Positions 12,357 through 23,460 of a stretch of DNA of 64,000 nucleotides are shown piece after piece. The stretch spans positions 186,001 to 250,000 of the forward strand of contig OY253685.1 of assembly GCA_958009085.1 (NCBI GenBank), written 5' to 3'. Each line of letters starts with the position of its first letter. The stretch's first letter is position 1. The notes beneath the pieces are model-generated. The model did no database searches. It had not been told where the DNA came from and saw only the letters and a list, made by a program, of their open reading frames with translations. This stretch comes from Protoeuglena noctilucae (taxonomy: Eukaryota). Both the position numbers and the translations under genes were made by a program.

Positions 12357-13525
12357 CTCCGCCCCTCTGCGCCTGCACGGGAGGCAAACGTGCGCCGGTG
12401 TGCCGCGCGCGGGAGACCCGCGCAGCAATTGCAGCTTGTCGCAATCGAGATGGGTCGCCGGGTAAATGCGCGGGTCCCAGTCGGAGCCCAGACACGCGCG
12501 GGAGCGGGACGGCGGCGCTGCGTGTGCTCACCTTGGCCCGTTCGCAGGCTTTGGGCCCCTCCTCCGATGTCAAGCCGCTGGCTTTGTAGCAACACACATG
12601 CGGGCGAAAGGAGGGCCGCGCGAGACGCGGCGGGAGGACGGCCAGCGGCAAAAGCCTGGGGGGAGGGAGAAGGGGGTGCGAGTGCGTTCACCGCGGCTCC
12701 CTGCGTGTCGCATGACTTCGCGATTGCATAATTCAGTTGCGAGCTTGCAAGATGACAGAGGGGGAGCGCGAAAACGCTGTGTGCGCGACGCACGGCGCGC
12801 TTCGGTACTCAAGGGCCCCGCGATCGCGAAAACGGGCCCATACGGCCCCGCCGCTGATGGCGATCCACCGATGATTTACAAGGATCCCCGAAAGCGCCTC
12901 GCGATCTCTCGGGGATTCCTCGGTCGGCGGGGAGGGACGCCTCGAGGAAGGCAAGGCCCAGCGAGGGCTTGCACGGCGACGCGCTGAGCCACCGAGGCGC
13001 GCATCGTGCACAAGATACTCCCACGTACCTCCTAATTCACTGGGAGACGACAGAGGGCGGCCCTCGAGACCCTGGGTCGATGAAGCAGAAGCAGCGGTCG
13101 ACAGGATGGGCTATCAGGGCACGCGAGTAGCTCAAGGGCTACGTAATTGCAAACACTGACGACGCGGTGAGGAATTGGGCGGTGGAGCGGCCAGCGCGGC
13201 CCCTCTGACGTTCCGGAGAGGCCTGACCGCCGGAGTCTGGCGCGTCCAGAGGCCCGACAGGGGCAACTACGAAGCCACACTGCAGAGAAGGGCAAAGACG
13301 TCAACAGGGGTGGCCTTTCAGCGCCCCTCGCGATCCATCTCGCGCGAGCACAAGTGTGCGCACGGAAGCGTGCCCAACGCCGATCCTCCCGTGGGCGGGA
13401 ACGGGAGTTTGCGCGACCTCCGGGTGCCTTGGCCTAGCGCTTGTCTGATACAGCGCCGGAGGACCGGCGAATCTGCGCATGTCCGCTCGCAGGGCCGTGG
13501 GCCAGCGCAGGGACCGGGCCCTGCC

Positions 13526-14746
13526 ATGACGGCCCCCGAGCTGTCCTCCCTACTGCAGAACGGAGTCCGCGGCCAGCACAGCGGCGTGGTACGTGCTCGC
13601 GGCTGTGTGCCTGACCGAGTACCTGCGCGCCCGGCCTCTCTGCGCGCCCGCGGGGGCCAGCGGGGCCTGGTCCTGCGTAATGGGGGGTGAAGCCGCCGCT
13701 GCGTGGCCCGCGCAGGTCCTGCTGGCATGCGGCAGCTTCAATCCCCCGACGAGGCTTCACATGGAGATGTTCACCCGATCCCGGGATGTCCTGGCCCGGC
13801 GGGGCATGCATGTAGTGGCGGGCGTCATGTCGCCTGTGAACGACGGTTACGGCAAGCCGGCCCTCGCTCCCGGCGCACGCCGTGTCGAGATGTGTCGTCT
13901 GGCGGCGCGAGCGATACCCTGGGTGGTGGTGGACCCGTGGGAGGCCGAGCAGAGCGAACACGTCCGCACCGTGTTTGCGCTGCGGCGGCTCAGGTGAGCG
14001 CGGGCCGCCAGCCGCTGCGACTGACGATGGCACCGAGGGACAGCGCTGTCGCTACCTCGCGATGGCCGCGACGACGACGCGACGGTGCTGCTGACGCTGG
14101 GGGTACCATGCACGTGAACACGGGCCGTGCCGTGGGGTGTCCGTGGGCGGCATCCGACTGACGCGCCGCCTGCTCCCGTGTTTGCACAAGGGACGTGGTG
14201 GAGGCCGCGGTGGGGCTGCGGGCGCCGCGTGAGGGTGCGGACAAGGGGAGCCACAGCACAGGGCCGATAACGGGGGCGGATGCCACCCCGTCAGCGGGGC
14301 CCGGAGCGCCGCGGGTGATGCTATTGTGCGGGACGGACCTCCTCGCTTCGTTTGCGATACCGGGAGTGTGGCGCGAGGACCACAAGGCCGAAATCCTGCG
14401 CGACTTCGGCGTCGTATGCTGCAGCCGGGCAGGCCAGAGCGTCGAGGACGTGTCGGCGACGCTCCCGGGGCAGGTGAGGTCACGGCCCATGTCGTGATGT
14501 ATAAAAGAAACGCAGCGACGCATTCCGGCCGCGCACGCGCGCCGAGGCGTCGTGCAATTCCTCTTGCACGCAGGTCAGGGAACTGGCCCTTTCCGGCGCA
14601 ATCGACGCGCCGATGCACCCGAACTCGGTGAGCTCTACGGCAGTGCGCGCGAGCATCGCGTGCGGGGACTGGCCGGCTGTCCATTCGATGGTCGACGAGG
14701 CGGTGGTCGACTACGTGCGCCGGCACGGGCTCTACGGCGCCCCTAG
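13526..14746 (+). CDS. NMNAT: Nicotinamide/nicotinate mononucleotide adenylyltransferase, 4 exons
   Basis: GV|VLLACGSFNPPTRLH (GSFNPxTxxH motif), SPVNDGYGK, VDPWEA, LLCGTDLLASF..PGVW, and NSVSSTAVR..VVDYVRRHGLY. Confidence 0.93.
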
Positions 14747-14883
14747 CGACGCTCCGTGACGCTCTGAGACACCGTGAACGGTTCATTCAGAGTAGCTAAT
14801 CAAAGCGTACAAGTGTTACAGTCTGTCTATCGCTGCCTCGAACGGGACCATCGCGTTGTGCAACTTGGCATACTAGTGAGACG

Positions 14884-17800
14884 CTACCCCTTCTGGCTGC
14901 GGCCCAAGTGCAGGTCCAGCAGCTGCTCCGTCGTCCGACCGAGGTCTGGCGGCAGGTCCTCGGTGGGCCCCTCTCCGCGGCACTCGGGATCGAAACACCG
15001 CTGCCGCATCGTGTTGTGCGTTGTCCCCAGTCGCACCAGCCACCACACCTTGTTGCTGCGGTGCATGCGCCCCGCCTGCATGCACCAGCGCGCGCCGTCA
15101 CCCACCATACTGATCGCCACGTCGCCCACTGCGGGGGGAAGGCCACGGCAAACACTCATGCCGCCCTCTCAGCACCCTCGTTCGCAGGCCATGAAACACA
15201 ACACTCTCCCACACTTGCGCATGCCAAATGCCCCGCTCGTCGCCCACCCCTGCAACCTCACCTGTGGTCATCGGCTTGATGGTCCGCGCCACCGCATCCG
15301 CCACCCCGCTCAGCTCCCGCTGCCGCACCTCCACGTGCCGACACAGCGCCCCCGCATGGCTCAGAGGCACCCAACGCGGCCAGCTGCGGCCCTCCACGCC
15401 AACAAACGCCTGCCCCTGCCCCTGCCCCTGCCCCTGCCCCTGCCCCTGCCCCTGCCCGCTCCCCGTCACAGCCTTCGCCTCCCCGATGCCCCCGCCACCC
15501 TCTGGCTTTTCCTCTTCCAGCCCTGGGACCTCCACCATCGCCCCAGCGACCTGGCTGTTCGTCTCCAGGACAAAGGCGCTGCCACGACCAGTGCGGGTGA
15601 GGCACGGGCCCCAGGCTGTCGCGCCGGGACGCATCGGGCCCTGCGCTGCGTTCCTGGGCCCACCGGGGCCGCTGCCGGGACCCGGGCGCAGGAGGGCCGC
15701 CATGGTCGGGGGCAAGTCGATGAGGCGGGTGCCTGCCGGGACTGCGGGGATGAGAGAGATGAAAGAGATAAGTGATGGGAGAGGTGAGAGAGACGAGACA
15801 GATGAGGGGGATGGGGCATGAGAGACGCCTCTCGACCCTCGCCTCACACGCCATCTCATCTCCACAACCACCACCCTCCCCGCCCTCTCTCCCTCACCGT
15901 TCGACACCATCGATGCCAGAAACATGTCGCGCGCCGTCATGGGCCCGCCGGGGGGTGGCGCCCCGGGCAGCGGCGACCCCGCGTCCCCGTCCATGCCCAC
16001 CCCGTCATCGCTCAACAGCTGCTGCTCCAGGACCTGGGGGGAAACATGAGAAGGGAGGGTCTGTACTTGTGAGTCATGAGTCATGATCCCAAGTGTTGAA
16101 TCTCACTCAGCCTGCTTGGCACAATTAGTCAGCCACCCTGTCACCCCCCCACATCCTGTGTCCCCTCATACCTCACCCGCTCCCACAAACATCTCCCAAC
16201 CCCCCTTCCACTTCTCTCACCTCCGCACGTGCCCCCTCCTGGCCCTTGGCCCCCGCACCCATGAACCGGGTGGTGGGCACCAATGACACGGCCCCTCGCT
16301 TGCCGGCCTTGCAGGACATCATGCACCGGAAGTGGCGGTTGCGGGTATAGACCGCCATGTCCACCGCGGTCGTGGGGGAGCCGTCGGGGCGAGACACCGT
16401 GAAGGCCCGGGCCTCGGGCTGGGAGGGTGGGAGGGGGAGGAGGGGTGATGAGGGTGGTGAGGTGAGACACCGTGAATGCATGGGCCTCGGGCTGTGAAGG
16501 GGGGAGCAACAGGAGGGGTGATGAGGGTGGTGAGGCGACACAGGGGTGGCGAGGTGTGGCAGGCGGAGTGCTGATGAGGAGAGCGGTAGAGGAGGTGTGA
16601 CAGTCGGTTGTCGAGGCATGCAGACAAACTGAGAGCCTCAAAGCCCTTCCCCATGCATCGTCTCACCATGGTCATGACGTGCCGCACGAACGCCCCCACA
16701 TGCACCGGCCCGCGGAAGGCGTGGCCCGGGGTTCGCACCACGAGGTGCCGCGAGAACTTGGCCGGCGTGGTCGAGTCCAGCTCCAGCACGTCCGTCTCCG
16801 CGGCCTGAACACCAATCACCTCCCGCAGCGCACGCAGGGTAAGCCGCACCAACGCAGTCACCATCGCGTCACCATCCACGCCCTGATTGGGGCCAGGTAT
16901 GAACTCGATGTCGTAGAATAGGAAACAGGGGTGGTTGTCGCGGATGACCTCGTAGAAGTGGCGGCGGTTGTGAGGACGCTGGCGGTACTGCGGGTGGGCG
17001 GACGGATGATGGGTGGCGCGTGATGGGAGTCAGACAGCGGAGACATCGGAGCGGTCACGGGGTGCGGGTTGGAAAAAGGGTCTGCGCCCTCTCACTGCAT
17101 AGTGCAGCTTGACGCCGCAATTATGAGCCGAACGTGCCCGCACCGTACTGCAGCGCAGGTGCGTTTGCTACGCCCCTCACCTCGCTCCACAGTGCGCTGT
17201 AGGTACACCCCACGAACCGACGGAACGTGCCGCCGTCCGCGTGCTCCACCTCCTCGCAGAAAACACGCACGGGCGGGCGGAGAGACACGACACCTGCTGT
17301 AGCCTGGGCTGTGATCTGCGTCGCCAGCCATTCCGAGCCACGGGGCGGAGCAGCAGGGGCGGCATTTTGGGCAGCAACAGGTGCGGCATTGGGGGCAGCG
17401 GAGGGTGCGTGTGGCGGCGCCTTTGTTGCAGGTGTCCCTCCAACCACGGTAGTGTTTGGTGAGACGGGGCGCGCCTTGAGGACTGGGGTGTCGATGAAGA
17501 AGGGTGCAGGCTCTGGGGGTGCGGGTAATGGGCTCTGAGGTTAAATGACACATGGTCGGTCGTCTCAGTGGCTGGACTGTCGCTCTGGCTGTGTACCAGT
17601 CGCGGTCACCTGACATTCCATTCCCTCATCACCCGTACCACTCACCGCTCAACTGGCACCGCCCTCATCACTGGCCACGCTCACCTGGTTCCTGGCACCC
17701 CCTCATCAGCTCCGTCATCTGCGCGGCCTCGATGCGCTGTTTGGACTCCTCGTCCGACCACTCAAACGCCTCACGCTGGCGAGAGAAGCGACGCAAGACC

Positions 17801-20800
17801 TGGGGAGGACAAGTGTGATGGGGTGAGTGAGTATAAGCAAACGTAAAGATGGATCACAAGCGTGCCTGCACAGACACGACTTGCCGTGCATTCCCCAGCC
17901 CCAGCCACGCATTAACTCCCCTCACCAGACAGTTGCTCGGGGTCAGGAAGGGCGTGTGCGGGGAGGGCGCCGGCGCAGCAGGACGCGCGACCAGGCCCAG
18001 CGGAGTGGGGAGCCAGCCCGCCTCGGTCCACGCCTCCTTCTCAGGTGGAGCGGGGGTGGGAGCGGGGGTGGCGGCGAAATCCCCCTCATCCCCTGCGACC
18101 CTTGCCGCATCGGTGGGGAACGAAAAGTCCGTGGCGGGGGACTCGAGGCCACTCGTGCCGCCACCCTCAGCCTTGACTCGAACCCGTGACCCCTCACATG
18201 GGGTGGGCGGTGTCAGGGCAACGGGGCCTGCCCGTGCAGGGGAGGGGTCATCGCAAGCAAAACCGGGACTCCCAGTTACAATCCCGGCAGCACCAGCGCC
18301 ACAGCTGGTCCCTTGCGATCCACCCAGCGCCGGAGGTCCCCCCTGGGTGGTCAGCTGTGACGCTGGGCCCTGCGTCGGTCCCCGCCACGCCCCAGCCGCC
18401 CCCCGGCCCAGGTATCCCGACTGATGGATGTTTGCATCGCTCCAGGCACCCGAGGGACACACGCCGGGAGTGTCCAGGCAAATCCCGCTGCCCTGCGTCG
18501 CCCCACGCATCGCAGGCAGCCTCTCCCCAAGCCCCGACTGCCCCACCGGTGTCGCTTGCATGTCGCTCACGCCTGCGCTGTCCTTCGCTGCCCCGACCTG
18601 CCCCCCGCCGCCATGCGCCGCATTGCTGATCCCAAGCAACCTCACGCCCCCTCCCCCATCACCAACCCCACACTCAGGCGTCCCTGGCACCGCCTCCACT
18701 GCCCCAGGCGCCTGGTGCTGCACACGCACCCCGTGCCCCGCATCTCCCCACGTGACTCCGTCCCCGCACCCCGGCTGGCACGGCGTCAGCGGCAACGCTG
18801 CACCGTCCCCGGCCATGAGCGTGACTTGGCTCTGCTGTTCCTGCGATGTTAATGGTTCCCTCGCAGCCGACTGTAATGGAGAGCCAGGCTCCCCAGCAGC
18901 ACAGGGCGTGGCAGGGACCGCAGTCAACGTCGCTCCCGCATGTGCGCCCAACGACAGCGGAGTGGCTGTTGCCGCGGCCCCATCCCCTGGCCTCGTGTGA
19001 TGGTTCGCGTCACCCAGTCGCGCCTGCACCAAGGCTGGCTCCGTGGGCCGGTTGACCTCGGTGAGACTCGTGGGGTTCGGCTCATCTGTAGTGCCATTCG
19101 GGTCATCCGCCGTGCCCTGGCTCGACCCCGGCAGAACCCCAGACAGAGCGGGGCACATGGCGCGGCGGCAGGCACGGCCCTGCCACTCGGTCACCGCCGG
19201 TGACGCCAGGGACCGTCGCTTGCCCGCGCGACGCATCGTGGCCAGAGCCATGGACCGCACCGGGCTGGGGATGTCCGGCTCGGGGCTACCAGGGGCAAAG
19301 GGACCCTCGGTAACCACACCGTCTGCGACTGTCTCTCTCCCTTTCTCCGCAACCCCACGCACGCTCGCCTCCTTTGCACCCCTCGCATCGGCAGCACCCG
19401 ACCCCGCCAGTCCCGGCCTGTCCACTCCCACCCCCTCCGGCCCATCCTCTCGCTTCCGCTTGCCCGCTTCCGCCCCTCGCCGCGCCACCCACCCCGACCC
19501 GCGCGTCAAGAATGCCCCGATGGACCCAACCTTCCTCGAATGCTCTGTCGTTTCACTGGGATCCCTGCCAGACGTCGCTGGCTCCTCCGTCCCCTCGCTC
19601 TTGACAGCGCCAGCCTTCGTTGCCTGGCTGCATGGGCCCGGCTGGCCATTCACGGGCGCTACGTGCGCTTGTTTGTCCCCTGCTGCCGCCACTGCATCTG
19701 CGAGTGTGTCAGGGGCTGCGAATCGCGACATGGATCCGCGTGCCAGATCTCAGCAAGGCTAGCACCAATGGGGCAGCCACAGCAGCTCACCAGCATCTCT
19801 GGAGTTGCTCAGGACGAGGGGCAATGGTAGCTGGGACGCCCTCGGTTCAGCGGCCTTGGGCGCTCCACGGCCTTTGCCCCGGCGGGCAGGCCGGGCGACG
19901 GGAGATGGGGAAGAGGTGCGGGGCGACGGGGGGGATGGGACACTGCAGGTGTCGAGAATGGAGCCGTGGGGCGGGTCAGCAAGTAAGCGATCGTGACACA
20001 GTGCGACTTGCGGGCGGCTGCAGCTGCAGTGACTGACCTGAGGGACGACCCGCGTGTGTCGATGGCTGCTGGGGGCGCCAGGGTCGCGGCAGGGGTCGAT
20101 GCCTCCATCCCATGCCCTCGCCCTCCCATCGACAGAGACAGGGGCGTGGGATAAGGCGACACCTCGGGCTCAGGGATGGGCACCTCGCCTAACCCACTCG
20201 CACCATCTCCCGGCCCTCGGGATGGTGTGGGCGTCGCCACAGGGTCTCCACTGCTCAGGTCACGATCAGGCGCTGGCATTGCAATAGGACTAGCTATCGC
20301 CAGTACCTCTGGCGGGGTTACGACCGGCTTGCTCGGCATTCTTGTGGTGACACTCTCCCTGCCGTCGCTGCCCCCGACACCGCACCCTCTCCCATGCTCA
20401 GGGCCGTCCCCACCCACACCCCCTGCGCCCTCGCTTGCCCCCACCGGTGCACCCTTGCCGGCAGAACCCACGCTCGTCGTCTCCCGTCCCACTCCCCCCA
20501 TCTCTTCCAACTTCATCGCCCCGTCTTGCACCACGTCACACCCCTCCTCTCCACGACAGGACCCCCAAGTCCGCCCCAGCAACCCTCCACCAGCCTCGCA
20601 CCGACCCACACCAACCAAAGCAGCTCCAGATGCGGGTGCTTGGCCGCAGCTCGCGTCCTGCTGGCGTGATTGGCGAGCACCCCTGCAACGGAGCAGAGGG
20701 TTGCCCAGGGCCATCGGCATGGGTTCCGATGCATGGTCCGCGGTTACCGTGCGGGACCTCGAAGGAGATGACGGGAGTGGTCCAGCCGGGGTTTGAAGGG

Positions 20801-21492
20801 CCGTGCCGCTGGGATGGGCGTCGGGAAGGCACGCCACGTGCTGATTCCGGACCCCAGCGATGGACTGCAGCGCGGCGGCGCCCTGTTTGCGTGTCGTTTC
20901 CGCATGAAGTGATGACGTCTCGGGGTGAACCGGCTTTGCCACGGCCGGGGTGCGCCGTACAAGGAGCACTGTGTCAGGACCGGCGGAGGACGCAGCGGGG
21001 CCCGCGAGACCTGCGGACGAGCAAGTAAGAATATCAGATATATCTCAGGGCATCGCACGGCCACATCGCCGCGGGGAGAGAGCCAGCGGGCACGCCGCAT
21101 CAACGGGTACGCTGTGCACGACCACCTCCGCACGCACCTCGTGGCTCCAATCCGGGCCTGTGGTCGCGGGGACGGTCGTCATGCGACGTCACGGATCGCA
21201 TCTCTTCAGCGGCTTTAGGAGCGCGACGGGACCGCTTGGCGAGGCGCTCGGCATTCGACTTCACGACGTGGACGCTGTCCCATGCGGCGGGCAGCGCAGG
21301 ACGGCTCCAGTCTCTTGACCCCTGAGCCGTTTCATCAAAAGCGCGATCCTCAGCGACGGCTGCGGCGGGCGGATGCGCCAACCCCGTCGGCTCGGCGGAT
21401 GTTAGCTGCGCTCGGCGCGCCACGCCGTGCTCCCATTTGGCCAGACGGCTCAGCCGCCGCGCATGCACGCGATCGAGGTCCAGCTCACTCAT
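14884..21492 (-). CDS. PRIMPOL: DNA primase-polymerase PrimPol (AEP superfamily) with very long N-terminal extension
   Basis: HFYEVI..PCFLFYDIEF (motif A, DxE), STTPAKFSRH (motif B, SxH), VDMAVYTRNRHFR..SCK (motif C), and a UL52-type Zn finger WC..GRMHRSN..QRCFDPEC. The upstream exons splice in frame to the core. Confidence 0.88.
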
Positions 21493-21926
21493 GACGTTGG
21501 AGGCCTGCATAGCGAGCGAAGACAATGGATGTCGCCGGAAAGGCTAGGTTCCCAGGAAACGCAGCGATAGGCTCGTCCCGGTGACCAGATGGCGCACCTT
21601 CCCGGGCTTGTTGGGTGGCTTGTCAAGGTCTCCGCCTAACACGCTTCTTCATCACTCCCCCCAGCCCACGGAGAGGCTCTTTATGTTGACCGAGACATCA
21701 GCGCAGTGCCCTGGGCGCCTTTACAGCTGCTGGCCGACATCAATCCGCACAAGACACTCTCACAGAACATCTGCTGGACGCCAGTCAAAGCTTCAACTCA
21801 CATTTCGCCGCATGTCTGACATGAGAAGCGCAGGAAAACGCCCTTGTGACACCAAGCAAAGCCCTGAGCAATCCGCATTTCTGGCTTTGCGCCGCAGCAG
21901 CGAGAAGCGCATTACAGCAAATGCCC

Positions 21927-22693
21927 TCAACTTGCCTCAGCAGTTATGGGGATCGCCTCGGCGGCAGCGCAGAGGGCCGAGAGCGCTGCGGCCGTGTCCT
22001 CGTCCCAAAAAGGATCGATCTCCCACACCGACAGGTAGGTCCCGAACTGCTCCTGACTCAGGTCGGGCGCCACGGCCCCGCACACCGCCGCCACCACCTC
22101 TTGGCTCCTAGTGACCATTCGCGCGACGCTGCCCACGAGCAGCGCGGCCTCCGCCACGCCCACCTCCACCTCCCCACCGTCTCTCCCACGCACACTCAGC
22201 GTGCTTCTCACAACCGTGCTCTCTGCATCGCCAGAATCCCCTTTGTCTGATGCAGCGGCCGCGGAATGGGCGCCACAGCCATCTGCCCCTCTGGGTTCGG
22301 CATCCGCATCTCCCCCAAGCGACCCCTCCCTGGCACTGCTCTGCGCTTCGGGAGGCCCACCCTGTTGTGCAGACTCCAGGGCGAGCTGTCGAAGGGACGC
22401 GGCAGTCCGGGCCAAGCCACGGCACAGCGCCTCCGTCTCTTTGAAACGCTCCTGCACCTCCAACGCAGCCTGTGTGCGTCGAAGTACCGAGTGCGCAAGG
22501 CGATAGAAACAGCTGGTGTTCTGCCGAGAAAAGCGGCCGTTGCAGTGCACTCTTCCATCTCGCATCAGCGACGGCTCACCTTCGAGAGTTTGTCGGCGAT
22601 GGATGGGCCTCGAGGCTCTTGGAAAGCGCGCACACCGTCCATCAGCAGAGCGCGCAGCTCGGGTGTCGGAGCGGCAGCGAGGAGTGCAGCCAT
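21927..22693 (-). CDS. Hypothetical alpha-helical protein, possibly CINP-like (2 exons)
   Basis: Exon 1 MAALLAAAPTPELR..KLSK (GT donor) joins AALEVQERFKE. The C-terminus TYLSVWEIDPFWD resembles the YLSxWxxxP[YF] ending of CINP-family proteins; this is recalled similarity only. TGTAA lies just after the stop. Confidence 0.55.
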
Positions 22694-22882
22694 GAAGTCT
22701 CCTGGCTCTGCGGGGGGACGGAGGCGGCCGTGCGTCACAAGGGTGCGTGTGTTGCACTCACAATCAACGACTCTAACGCTCGCGCCATACCTCTCCTCTC
22801 CTTGTCCGCTTCGGCCTCGGCGCGAGCCGTCGCAAGCAACCCGACAAAGTCCTGCACGGCCGCCCGCGCGCCCCTCGCCGCG

Positions 22883-23445
22883 ATGCGCCAGGCCTGCGGA
22901 GGCTTCGAGATCGGGTGAACTATATCATGCAGGTCCAGCACTCTGTTGCGGGGCCCACAGGACGTCGGGCGAGGCAAGGACATTCGCACGCAGTCCTACG
23001 GCGATTTCGCGCCGCGCGCACCTCGACCCGCGCGCCCGCCTGCGTGACGAGTTTCGCAACAGCGGTTGGCTGAGGAGCGGGAGGCGGGGCAGCCACGGTG
23101 TCGCTGCAATCCCCACCAACGTGTACCGCCGCAGGGGTGTCCGAGCTCATGCCCTGGACTGGCGGGGATCCTCCGGCAGCAGTGGTGCTCGACGACTACC
23201 CGCACTGCGCCGCAGACAAGTCTGTGCTTGTTCTTGGCTGCGACTGCCTGCAGAAGGAGACTGACATGTCCCGACGTTTCGTGCTTCACATACTTGGCCA
23301 CGCCGGCGAGCTCTTCTGCTTGGCGCACACGCGATACCTAGCAGCGGCGACAACGGGCGCGTCAACTCTCATGCCCTATGCTCATGATGCATGTGCCAGT
23401 CATGGTGCCATGCAGTACCATGCGGCAGCATCCTGGGTCGTCTGA
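22883..23445 (+). CDS. Small hypothetical protein (3-exon model)
   Basis: A phase-consistent GT-AG model reads MRQACGGFEIG|TSGEAR..RNSG|VSELMPW..DYPHC..LGCDCLQKETDMSRRFVLHIL. No family was recognised. Confidence 0.4.
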
Positions 23446-23460
23446 TGGAAACCCGGTCAT

